Source of the DNA: Naegleria gruberi
Taxonomy: Eukaryota
Length of the DNA: 64,000 nucleotides
Assembly: GCA_000004985.1 (NCBI GenBank)
Contig: GG738901.1
Strand: one strand, 5' to 3'
Position numbers and translations under genes: made by a program. The notes under the pieces were generated by a model. That model saw only the letters and a list, made by a program, of their open reading frames with translations. It was not told where the DNA came from and did not search any database. Shown here one piece after another: positions 53,724 through 63,789 of this stretch. Numbering within the stretch: position 1 is the stretch's first letter; the number at the start of each line of letters is the position of its first letter.

Positions 53724-56084
53724 ATGCTTGGAAAGAGAAGCAACAACTCTTCAACGTGCTGTGCCAGCAAGAAAACCAAATATGATTCTTGCTGTTCATC
53801 TTCATCCTGTTACTCTCCGTTTAATGTAGAATGGGATGGAGTGGAACGTTCCGAATTAGCCAACGTTTTACATCAAATTGGCTCCAATCCTCATCAATAT
53901 TCGTATGGCAAAAGAAATAGTGAAAAGGAAGGCTTGTTAGGCTTTCCTGGGTTGAAAATTCATTTCGATCATGATGTTTCCATCAATGTTGGATTGCCTC
54001 TCTGTTCGGAACAACTTGAATCCATACGGAATAATTTAAATTCTAATTTGCAATTAATATCGTCAAATTCTTCATCATCAACTTTATCGGAGAAGATGAT
54101 TTGTTTGAATGATGAAGATTTATTCTCCATTGAAAATCCCTATTGGATGGAACAATTAGAGGAAATACTGAAGGACGTTCTTTCACAATTACAAGTTGAA
54201 AATCACATATCTGGATTGATTAGAAAGAATTCACTCATCATTGCTAGTGAAGGGTGTTCGGATATTCCCATTACGAGTACACGAGAGAATTGTTTTGTCA
54301 AGTTGGTTGTGAGATTGCCTTCTAATTGTGAGGGTGGTCATGTAGTAGTTAATTCGGGAAAGATTTCTTACAACTTCTCTAAGGGGTCGTGCTATTCCAG
54401 TACTTTGACTGCTTGCTATTCTAACATTGATGCCACTATCAAGGGAATCACCAAAGGTTGTGCAATGTATTTGGTGTTTGATATTTGTCATCAGGATGGA
54501 TGTGAAACACCAACATTTATTAATTCTAAAGAGCTATTTAGCAAATTTATGGACAATTGGGAGAAATCACCCTACTTTGTAATAGAGTACAAGCAGAATT
54601 CTGATTATTATAAATCAATAACAAGCATATTGAATTGGTACGTACATGAAATGCCAATAGGAAGTTTAGAATTTGAATTTGGAACGCTGAATAATGATGT
54701 ATTGTACTTTCGTAGAATCAATGCAGATTTAGACATTAATTCGCAATCACTCCTCTTCTCTAAAGGAGATCGAGAAAATATTGAATGTATTATTATCATT
54801 TCAAAACATTTCACTACTGAAGTATATTTACATTTGGGCATGGAGATTGCTCTTGATTATTTGAAGAGAGTTTTCAATGGTGCCACTTCTCAACATATTA
54901 TTAACTTTTTAAAGAAAATAATTGACAAGTATTCCAAACAATTGGATGGAAAGAAGATTGTAGATTATATAATAGAATTGAACGATTTGGAGCTAGCAAA
55001 GTTACTGTTGAGAGAAATATTATGCCATAATTTCAATCATGAGGTTCTTTTCAAATTAGTACAAGCTTTCACACTCAAAGAATTGCGTACAGAAGTAATC
55101 AAGGTGTTATCAGTTTGTTTCATCGATCATTTGGATGGATGTGTGGATGTATTGGAGGCTCTTAATTGTCCTACAGTTTCTGCTTCAGTTTTACCTCAAT
55201 GTAGTCTGAGTGAACAAACATGTACATGCTCTCAGTTGGAAAAGGTTTTGGATTTGGCTTCAAAATTTGATATTGTCATTCAACAAATACCTGAAAACAT
55301 TAGCAAGCTATCAGGAAACCCAGATGATATGTACAGATTATCTAAAAAGATCAAAAATAAGAGTTGTATTAAGGAAACGTTACAAAGATCTTGGAAATCT
55401 AAAACACTCAATCCTAAAATGATTGTTGAATGTGTGGGTACTATAGGATTGACTGAATCTAGGGATTTAATGAGGGACGGAGTTGATTCATTCTGCTCAA
55501 GTCATAAAAATGTGGAAATCCTAGAAACTATTGGATCATTCTCGGAAATTCTCAACTCATCAAACGATGCTTCCTGCAATCTTGTAATGTCAATGCTAGC
55601 AAGAAACCTTATCAGCCGTACGAATTTTACAATTAGGTTTGTTCATCACCTAGTTATTCCATTCCTCAAACAATTGACCAATAAGGAAGCTCTATCTAAA
55701 AGTGCTACTCAATCAATTGCAAAACACTGCTTAAAACTTTACAATAACCAAAACAAGGTTGCTATCGAACACCTGCAACCTCTCAATAGCAAGATTTCCC
55801 ATATTATTCTATCATGTTCATGTGAAACGTGTGCTCCAGTTCAGGAATTTATAGAGTCGAATGAGAGAATTTACACTATCCCATTTGCTACAAAGGTTAA
55901 TGTTGACCATTTGGTCGAGAAAGTTTCGGGCTTCTACTCTGACATTCTCCTCAGCCAATCTTCAAATGGAAATGCAATAATTGAAAAAGTACTCCTCAAG
56001 CAAACCAAAATTGAAATCAAGGAGAACATTGCATTCTTAAACTCCTTACACGATTTGACTCTCCTTGAAGATGATGTAGAGTAG
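53724..56084 (+). CDS. Hypothetical protein (786 aa) with a Cys/Ser-rich N-terminus. Family not recognised.
   Basis: ATG at 53724. The 2.36-kb ORF is uninterrupted. Only short antisense ORFs fall inside it. Confidence 0.6.
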   Translation: MLGKRSNNSSTCCASKKTKYDSCCSSSSCYSPFNVEWDGVERSELANVLHQIGSNPHQYSYGKRNSEKEGLLGFPGLKIHFDHDVSINVGLPLCSEQLESIRNNLNSNLQLISSNSSSSTLSEKMICLNDEDLFSIENPYWMEQLEEILKDVLSQLQVENHISGLIRKNSLIIASEGCSDIPITSTRENCFVKLVVRLPSNCEGGHVVVNSGKISYNFSKGSCYSSTLTACYSNIDATIKGITKGCAMYLVFDICHQDGCETPTFINSKELFSKFMDNWEKSPYFVIEYKQNSDYYKSITSILNWYVHEMPIGSLEFEFGTLNNDVLYFRRINADLDINSQSLLFSKGDRENIECIIIISKHFTTEVYLHLGMEIALDYLKRVFNGATSQHIINFLKKIIDKYSKQLDGKKIVDYIIELNDLELAKLLLREILCHNFNHEVLFKLVQAFTLKELRTEVIKVLSVCFIDHLDGCVDVLEALNCPTVSASVLPQCSLSEQTCTCSQLEKVLDLASKFDIVIQQIPENISKLSGNPDDMYRLSKKIKNKSCIKETLQRSWKSKTLNPKMIVECVGTIGLTESRDLMRDGVDSFCSSHKNVEILETIGSFSEILNSSNDASCNLVMSMLARNLISRTNFTIRFVHHLVIPFLKQLTNKEALSKSATQSIAKHCLKLYNNQNKVAIEHLQPLNSKISHIILSCSCETCAPVQEFIESNERIYTIPFATKVNVDHLVEKVSGFYSDILLSQSSNGNAIIEKVLLKQTKIEIKENIAFLNSLHDLTLLEDDVE

Positions 56085-56151
56085 GAGTGCAATTACTGGG
56101 AGTACAAATTTACTATTGGAGCCATTTGGATGCGGAGAATATTTAAAAAAA

Positions 56152-57224
56152 ATGCTACATATTTCACCGCAATCCTTGCTACTCTTATTGCTCGTTATTT
56201 GCACTTGTTGCTGTTTGGGAGTGTCTTGTACACATTGTCCACCAGGTAGTTTCTTTGAGAAATCAGTTTGGGGAGGATGTTTTGGATGTGATCCGGGAAC
56301 ATATTGTAGGTTTATTAATTATTATGAAATAATTGTTAACTTGTAAAAGGTCCTGGTGATGATAGAGCTTATCCTTGTCAAGTTGGTACTATAGCCCCGA
56401 ATACTGGATCTGTTTCATGTAGTCCTTGTCCTAGTGGATACAACACGAATCCGGCTCATACTAATTGCTCAAAATGTTCTAGTGGAAGAATGTCTCCTGA
56501 TGAGACTTTTTGTTTGTTGCCAAATACTCCTTTTAATGCTGTTCCATTTATTGGAAATGTTTTAACAATTGGAGGAAAGCAAACATTTTCCTATGTTGAG
56601 GTTTCCTTCCTCAATACTGATGAAACTGAAAGAGGAATGACCCAACTTACATTGATGAGTAAGGATAGAACCAATCTATTGGTTTATGCATCATCAGTGA
56701 CAGGATCTCCTAGCCCTGTAAATTATGAGTATTCTGGTTTTGGGCAGAATGTCACTTTAGCTATTAAGGGAAAGGCAGATACCACTTCTCTAATTTACTT
56801 GAACATTACTATTGTTGATAATCCAGAAAAACTACCATTCACACTAACTTCCACATTTTACAATATGAAAATCGATCAAATCAAGAAGGTTGACGATGGA
56901 GACAATTTCATTACTTTGGATACCAACTTTGAAGGAGAGGTTATTTTACAATATTCCAACATTAATATTCATGCAGATATTCAGTTCACCATCTCACTAC
57001 AGGGCTACATGTTCTATCATGTGTTTTACAGTTCTAACCAATTGATTCAATATCCAAATCCAAATAATGCTGATTTTGTCTATTATGGAGGAGATGCCAG
57101 AACCAATCCTATTGTTCAAGTCAATGCCATGAATAGAGCACCAGGATTTGTCAACGTTGCCATTCAATCCAAGTACGGCAATAGTGATGTTATTAAGGTG
57201 AATGTTAAAACTCTCAAACATTAA
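56152..57224 (+). CDS. Secreted or membrane Cys-rich repeat protein (about 342 aa) with TNFR/GCC2_GCC3-like C-x2-C-P-x-G-x-Y modules. Two exons, join(56152..56305,56350..57224). The intron is 44 nt (GTAGGT...AAAAG).
   Basis: The signal peptide is MLHISPQSLLLLLLVICTCCCLG. The first ATG is at 56152, and the tracked start at 56116 is TTG. Exon 1 ends CDPGTY-T. The GTAGGT donor splices to 56350, giving ...CDPGTYCPGDDRAYPCQVGTIAPNTGSVSCSPCPSGYNTNPAHTNCSKCSSG... in frame with ORF 56490..57224. Both tracked ORFs otherwise have no sensible start or end. Confidence 0.65.
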
Positions 57225-57239
57225 TTTATTTACACTTTC

Positions 57240-58526
57240 CTAATTGCTTGTAATTTCATTAATCTTACCAACAAAGAGAACACTCTGAGTTGGAACGTGA
57301 TGCAAAATAAAAGCAAAAGGTCTGTCAGCAATGAATTCATAAACCTCCTCAGATGCAGCCCTTCTCTTTCGTTTACAAGCTACGGCAGTTGCAGCACTTG
57401 CCACTGTTCCTGACTCATCTACTTGAATGCATGCCTTGTGAATTATTTGACTGACACATACACCATCAACTTGTGGATTGGAGAGCATATTGGAAAAATC
57501 AGCATTGGTTGGACTAAACAATCTATTGATTTCGAATGGTTTCTTGGCTATAGTTGGAATGATATTGTCAAATTGCTTTTCAAATTTGAATTTTGGAATT
57601 TGAATTCTGTTCATTTTGACTGATTCACTTGGATTGAGTCGACTAATATCGGTCAACTTGGATTGAAGCCACTTGTTAAATTCTGTTTCGTTTTCTTCAT
57701 CAATCTCTAAATCATCATTTGGTTTAATAAATGTCATACAATATTCTTCATCTGTGTATGGTAATTGTAAAATTTGATAATCATCCATTTCTTCATAGAG
57801 GAATTTTGACTTGCAATCTTCCAAACTCATCATTTGACAGTTGCATTCTCCATTCAAGGTGTTAAATGATTTTTCAATAGTTCTATTCTTGTTAAATTGA
57901 TGTTTCCACTTTCCATTAAAGTAAATTGCATTTACAATGACCATAAGTGTGTCTGAATCCAATTTAGATATTAAATTCTTGATATTATTCTTAGTATTGG
58001 ATGCAACCCATGCATTGATATTCTTCACTTCTATATTGGCCATACCCTTAAAGTTTGCCAATTGAGTTTGAGAATCAAATTGGTCAACCAACTCATTAAT
58101 AAATTCATTCTTAACACCAAGAGATTTTTCCAGATAAATTCTATTGGCAATTGATAAAACGCTCTCATTTTGAACAATATTCTTAATCATACCCGAATAT
58201 TGCTTCAATTCACTTTCCTTCCATTTTTGGAATTGCTCAACTGCATTTTCCATTTTACAACTATTAAAACTTTCTCTCAAAAACAAGCCATCAATCATTT
58301 CCCTCAATGTTTCTCCACCTGTTCCCAACATGCAATTCATCATTGCAATATAAATCGAAAATGGTGAAATGATCAAATTTCCATTTCCATTTTCCTGCAC
58401 AAATTGACCAAACAATGCAGAGGAAAATTCATTCTGGGCCAACAACATGTTATTCTGTGCTTGTTTCTTATTATTGGAAGCATTGTTTCTAGTACTTGAT
58501 AATTTCTTACTGTTTACCTTGACCAT
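57240..58526 (-). CDS. Serpin (serine protease inhibitor), 428 aa.
   Basis: ATG at 58526. The serpin N-terminal region is NEFSSALFGQF...ISPFSIYIAMMNCMLGTGGETLREM. The reactive-centre-loop hinge is DESGTVASAATAV. The C-terminal signature is RPFAFILHHVPTQSVLFVGKINE. Confidence 0.9.
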   Translation of the reverse strand: MVKVNSKKLSSTRNNASNNKKQAQNNMLLAQNEFSSALFGQFVQENGNGNLIISPFSIYIAMMNCMLGTGGETLREMIDGLFLRESFNSCKMENAVEQFQKWKESELKQYSGMIKNIVQNESVLSIANRIYLEKSLGVKNEFINELVDQFDSQTQLANFKGMANIEVKNINAWVASNTKNNIKNLISKLDSDTLMVIVNAIYFNGKWKHQFNKNRTIEKSFNTLNGECNCQMMSLEDCKSKFLYEEMDDYQILQLPYTDEEYCMTFIKPNDDLEIDEENETEFNKWLQSKLTDISRLNPSESVKMNRIQIPKFKFEKQFDNIIPTIAKKPFEINRLFSPTNADFSNMLSNPQVDGVCVSQIIHKACIQVDESGTVASAATAVACKRKRRAASEEVYEFIADRPFAFILHHVPTQSVLFVGKINEITSN

Positions 58527-58823
58527 TTTTTATTCTGAATATAAGTTATTAATGTTGATGAAGATCTGATTACAGAGTGTTATTGTTTTGTTTTTTTTGA
58601 ATTGTTTTTTTTGTTGTGATCGGTTAAATATCTAAAGAAATGTTGCGATTGCGATTGGATATTTTTTGTTGTAACATGGTAAAGTTTGGAGGTCACATTC
58701 CAGTTCAAAGATACCAAAATATTTGTATGTTTGAATATTCTTCATAGATCATGCATGAAAAATGTTGAAGTTCAATAAAGTTTATTACAAATTATTGTTG
58801 AAACTAAACTAAATTCTTTAATG

Positions 58824-59372
58824 TTAATCCATTTTGATTCGTTTACTGCTGCTGGAAGAAGAAACACAATTAGATGAAGAAGAATTGTTCATTGATTCGA
58901 AACTATTCTTACGAGGTCGTCCCCTTGGTCGTTTCGGAAGAGTTTTCTTCAATTCTTCTTCTTCCTTAATAGATTCCAGAGTCGATACGATGAAGAATAC
59001 ATTATTAGGTTTGCTAATGTTGCTCGGAGTAGTATTTACATGCGGAGGATAAGAGGAGTTGATCTTTGGAGTGGTGGTGGAGTTATAATTGAGGGTTTTC
59101 ATTGAATGCTTCTTGTTGGAAGTATGATTGGATGACTTCATCTCGATTAGTTTGGATGGTTGTAATTTGCATTCTTCTACCTTCTCAAACACAATATTAT
59201 TATTAGCATAGGTATTATTCGTAGTATTATTAGTGGAAGTATTATTCACTGGACAATAATTGTTATCATCGTTTTCCAAGCACGGAAGGAATGAATCATC
59301 ATTAGAGTTCTGTAACAGCAGATGTAACAAGAATAAAAGTGTCTGTTCGTGTATTGTATTGGTTGGAAGCAT
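58824..59372 (-). CDS. AT-hook-containing Ser/Asn-rich protein (182 aa).
   Basis: ATG at 59372. The AT-hook is PKRPRGRPRKN. The C-terminus is poly-Ser. Asn/Thr-rich low complexity is present. Confidence 0.5.
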   Translation of the reverse strand: MLPTNTIHEQTLLFLLHLLLQNSNDDSFLPCLENDDNNYCPVNNTSTNNTTNNTYANNNIVFEKVEECKLQPSKLIEMKSSNHTSNKKHSMKTLNYNSTTTPKINSSYPPHVNTTPSNISKPNNVFFIVSTLESIKEEEELKKTLPKRPRGRPRKNSFESMNNSSSSNCVSSSSSSKRIKMD

Positions 59373-59816
59373 TCTTTTTGAGCTGTTTAATCTACAACAC
59401 TATGTATACGTGTATTAATAGCAAAATAATAAGATCCTCTACTATGGTAATGGTTTACGACAACTCAGGAAATATGTCTCCACCTTATTTGGAATATCTC
59501 TGTGAATAAGTCCATATTTCTCAAAACTCAGAATTATGAAAGATGCACAGTATTAAGTAATGACAGTCTCAGTTATGGTAAATGAAAATGGTTGATTGTT
59601 ATCCAAATTTTTGAGATTATATATAAGACTTTTTATGGGAACGTTGTATATTATTTTCAGCATTGATTCTCATTACATGAACTTCCACTGAAATAACCAC
59701 AGGAATATCTCCAATTCGAATGAACTGAGAGGGAGATTTGAAAGTGTAATCCTCAATCTTGTCTGCAATGAAAGTTTCACCTTAAGGTAAACTATGAGCT
59801 GAAGTGATCATGATGG

Positions 59817-60782
59817 TTACCCTCCACGCAATCTAAATATCATGGTCAATTTAGAATCGCTGTTAATCTCCAATTCTTTCAATGTTTTTTCATCATCTTC
59901 CTCTGGAATTGGTTTTGACTTGTGAACAATTCTGACACCATCCAAATTTCCCCATGCCTCTACTACCTGGAGACGAATCATTCTGAAACTATCTTCTGGA
60001 TTCACATAAACTTTCAAATCTCTTCCAGCCATTGATTTAATGTGCAATTCCATAGAGCTGGCCTTTGTGGAAAATATGGAAATTTTCTTATCATATAACA
60101 AGTCTTGTCCCACAAATCGAAATGCATTAGGATTTTGATTCAGGGCAGTTAAATTAATTTCTCTATCATTCTTGAGTGATTTTCCAATATATTCCAATGA
60201 TAAACCATACTGTTTCACAATTTCCAACATGAATTCTCTATTATTCAATAAATCTTGATTGTGAACATATCTGATAGCTCTTGGATTTCGTTTCAGAGCA
60301 GCCCTACAAATTTCCTCATCTTCCCTAATGTCCAAATCCATATCTTTTAACAAGATCCAATTTTCCTGAACTAATTCCTTGACAAATTTTCGATCTCTTC
60401 TCAATGTCTTTCCAATATATCCACTATTCATAAAATCATCCTTCGAAACGGCTTTCAAAATAATCTCCCTATCATTTCTCAACGTTTCATGAATAATTTT
60501 CAATGCATCACTTCCATGTTTACTGACCACAGCAAGGGCAACATCTCTATCCAAACCAAAATCGAATGGTTTTCTACTCGGAACAAATGGAACATTCGAG
60601 TGTCTAATCTGCTTTAAAATCATTAATTTTGAATAGAGCAAATTTGTTCGTTCTTGTGATTTCTTCATCATTTCATTCCGTAACATTTGTTGCAAATTAA
60701 ATTCAGAAGAATAATTATTTGTATTTGTCGATTCATCATGGTGATGACTTTGAAAATCGATGAGAATAATTTTTGTGGGCAT
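59817..60782 (-). CDS. Protein with DUF4116-like helical repeats and a C-terminal ubiquitin-like domain ending in RLRGG-stop (321 aa).
   Basis: ATG at 60782. Repeats include DREIILKAV, DEEICRAALKRNPRAIRYV and NREFMLEIVKQYGLSLEYIGKSLKNDREINLTALNQNPNAFRFV. The last 78 aa, MELHIKSMAGRDLKVYVNPEDSFRMIRLQVVEAWGNLDGVRIVHKSKPIPEEDDEKTLKELEINSDSKLTMIFRLRGG, align with ubiquitin across the beta-grasp fold. They end exactly in the Ub C-terminal RLRGG diglycine, followed by TGA. Confidence 0.75.
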   Translation of the reverse strand: MPTKIILIDFQSHHHDESTNTNNYSSEFNLQQMLRNEMMKKSQERTNLLYSKLMILKQIRHSNVPFVPSRKPFDFGLDRDVALAVVSKHGSDALKIIHETLRNDREIILKAVSKDDFMNSGYIGKTLRRDRKFVKELVQENWILLKDMDLDIREDEEICRAALKRNPRAIRYVHNQDLLNNREFMLEIVKQYGLSLEYIGKSLKNDREINLTALNQNPNAFRFVGQDLLYDKKISIFSTKASSMELHIKSMAGRDLKVYVNPEDSFRMIRLQVVEAWGNLDGVRIVHKSKPIPEEDDEKTLKELEINSDSKLTMIFRLRGG

Positions 60783-61037
60783 TTTGGTGGTTTTCTTATT
60801 TTTTTGATCTTTTCCAAGTTTTGATCTTAATTAAGTTGGAAATTGAGGTCTTTTGTAATGTTTTAGAGTTTTTTGAATGGAATTTCAAGAGATTTAAAGA
60901 GTTCAAACATTCGAGTGACGATTCAAAACATAAGAATGAATGTGAATCCATCTAGTTTTCCTGCTTTTGTTATAAAATTCAAGTGAATTCACAATAGTAA
61001 AAACATGATGAATAGTGAAATAGGAAAATGAATTGTT

Positions 61038-61916
61038 TTAATTTAGTTTAATAAAACTAGGTGGAACACTTGGAAAGTGTTTAATATATTCAATTCCTCC
61101 TCCATTAGCTATTTCGTCCCTATGAATATCGAGATATTTCAAATTCTTCATTTCACTAATCAATTTTGCACTATCAGCTTTCAAACGATTATCGAAAATA
61201 TTGAGAGCTGTCAGATTGTTCATTTCACAAATGTGTTTAGCTCCGTTGTGAGTTATATCACTGCAGGCAATGTCGAGTTTAGTCAACTGATTTAGTTCAC
61301 TTAAATATTTGGCTCCTTCTTTCTCAATACTATTTCTGTGAATACTGAGATCGGTCAATTGTTTCAATTTGCAAATTGATTTGACTCCCTCGACATCCAT
61401 TCTATTACAAGCAATATCAAGATATGTTAAATTTTCAAGTTGACTAATATATTCAGCTCCTTCATTTCCAATATTATTGTAAATAATATTGAGCTCTCTC
61501 AATTGTTTCAATTTACCAATCTCCTTGGCACCTTTTACTCCAAGTTTGTTCATTCCTATATCAAGCTTTGTCAATTGACTCATCTTTTGTAAAGCATCCA
61601 AAACATTGTCCAAAACTCCATCTTCCAACAATGTGTTTAATTGAAATTTCGCACCAATAACATTTTCCAAAAATTCACTTTGCATCATTAGTCTACTATT
61701 TTCTAAAGTGATACTTTGGGTAAAGTGCAAATTAATTTTGGTGAATTGTTTAATAATTTGCTTCCACTGTTTAGAAATTAAAACACCACTCCATAGTAGA
61801 AATTCATGTGGAAGATATAAAATTATTTCTGAACAAATATCATCGGGAAAGTTGAAATTATTCAGAGTTTTGATGCTTGTGGTTGTGGTGGTGGTGCTTG
61901 TTGTGTGATTAATCAT
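61038..61916 (-). CDS. F-box-like / RNI-type LRR protein, paralog of 8324..9808. The minimal CDS runs from the first ATG at 61916. The frame is open a further 56 codons upstream and may receive upstream exons.
   Basis: The F-box-like motif is FPDDICSEIILYLPHEFLLWSGVLISKQWKQ. About 9 RI-type LRRs follow (LDIGMNKLGVKGAKEIGKL..., NNIGNEGAEYIS...). The tracked start at 62084 is TTG. A 56-codon stop-free 5' extension in AT-rich DNA is unlikely by chance. Confidence 0.8.
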   Translation of the reverse strand: MINHTTSTTTTTTSIKTLNNFNFPDDICSEIILYLPHEFLLWSGVLISKQWKQIIKQFTKINLHFTQSITLENSRLMMQSEFLENVIGAKFQLNTLLEDGVLDNVLDALQKMSQLTKLDIGMNKLGVKGAKEIGKLKQLRELNIIYNNIGNEGAEYISQLENLTYLDIACNRMDVEGVKSICKLKQLTDLSIHRNSIEKEGAKYLSELNQLTKLDIACSDITHNGAKHICEMNNLTALNIFDNRLKADSAKLISEMKNLKYLDIHRDEIANGGGIEYIKHFPSVPPSFIKLN

Positions 61917-62061
61917 TTTTTTCTTGTTAAATTCATTAGAGTTTAATGAAACCTTCTTGGTTTTGGAGATTTTTTGGTGTTTCTTTTTGGTTGACTTGTT
62001 AAAAGTGGTAACACTCAATATTTCTATAAATAATTTGAGTGTGTTTGTAATTATCTCGAGA

Positions 62062-63751
62062 TTATTTGTTGTTGAATAGCTCAATAATTTCCTTTACCTG
62101 GGTTGGGTAGAACTTGGATTCAAATGTCATTCCAGTGCATTGAATAATTTGTGATCTGTGACATGGACCAAAGAGTTTGAGAATGCATTTGGCAAAATCA
62201 TTGCTAGTTGTCTTCTTTTTATCATCGTCTAGTAGTGTCCAATTAATATCCAAAATTTCCAAAATTAATTTGGAAATACTCGCATTTTCACCATCCAATT
62301 TGAGGATTACTTTCTTGGATGGATAAGAATAAGTGAACAACATTTCTAATTTGAAAGAAAGCTCAGATAAAGTACCATTTGCCATCTCAAACATGGCATT
62401 GGCAAATATCTTCTCCTCATGAATATATTCTGTAAATCCAATGCTGTAAGCTTCATGAAGTGTGAAATACTTGAGCTTGGAAGATGAATTCATTGATGGA
62501 AATGTCGTAACTTGGCGATTGAATCACTGAATCGAACGAGAACAAATTCTGAGATTTTCTTGCCGAGTGTTTAAGGATTTCCCTCCTAATGTAATGGAAA
62601 TATTCCATTCGTTGAGAGTGTCTCAAATCAGATTGAATAATTGGAGTTAGAATTTCCTCCTCTAAATATTTCAATCCTTCCTTTACAGTATCTGATTCAG
62701 ATTTCAATCTATTATCATCCTCTTCGTCCTCTTCATATGATATTTCTTCTATGGATCCCAATTCCTTAATCATACTCTCCATGACATTACTATTATTGTT
62801 AGCAAACGGTGCCAGACAGTTATATGTTTTGGAGCCAGCACAAATCATTAAAAAATTGAGGAAATCTTCCCAATTCCACATGATAGGAATATCCAACTCT
62901 TTCATTACTTCCGTAATGGCTTCAGAGTCAATTTTTCCAATAGCTTCATAAGAATGGTAATTGTTTTGATATTGAACTAGAATCTTCTCTTCATTATTCG
63001 AATCTCTCACCGTCAATTCATAAAATCTCTCCAGATTATAGGTTCTAGTATTCGGTCCATAAACAAAATGTTGAGAAAATATCATAAATTCCCTAATATC
63101 ATTCTCTTGTTGATTTGATTTTTTCAAAATCTTCAACTCTGCTCTTCCTCCCTGAGCTTGTGAAAAAATTCCACCAATAAATGAATTAAACGAAACTCTT
63201 CCACTCTTGAACAAGTCGCAATTTTCCATAATAACGAAGAACTCTGCAAAATGTTCATCATTTTCAAACAAATAATCAAAATACGAATCATCATTAGTAC
63301 AAATCATGCAATTTCTAATTTCGGCATTGATTTTCAATAGGCAACCATGAAAAAATTCACAACTTTTATCCTCTAGATCTATCTTGATTTTTGATAATCT
63401 ATTCATGAAGAATAATGGATCGGTGGATGAAGATGAAATGTGCAATTCTTCAGAAATTGCTTGATTGACCAATCGGAAAGTTAAAACCTCATGCAGTGGT
63501 AGAAAGGAATAAATATTGAACAAGACAGCACCATTTAGCCATGTTGAATGATGTGGTAATGTGATGCCAGATTTTTCTTGTTTAAATTCTTCCATTTTTT
63601 TCAAAATCAAATTGTAATTTAAATGTACTTTAATGGAAGTGCCATCTCCATATTGAAATGGTTGGTTGCTGGCATAATGACGAGCAAAGTAGGGCTGATT
63701 CCTTGGAAAATGTCTTTTCATCAATAATTTTGCTATTAGAATCTGATTCAT
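62062..63751 (-). CDS. F-box-like domain protein encoded by two adjacent ORFs in different frames (62453..63751, 432 aa, and 62062..62493, 143 aa). They may be one gene and may continue into 61038..61916.
   Basis: ATG at 63751. The F-box-like motif is LPLHEVLTFRLVNQAISEEL. The ORFs overlap by 41 nt. A 55-nt GTATTT...CATGAG intron would join ORF A to ORF B. A 43-nt GTAAAG...CTCGAG intron after ...KFYPTQ would join ORF B in frame to the 5' extension of the LRR gene. Alternatively these are frameshift artefacts. Confidence 0.5.
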
Positions 63752-63789
63752 CTCTGGTATTTAATGGTGGGTTGTTAAATGATTATAAT

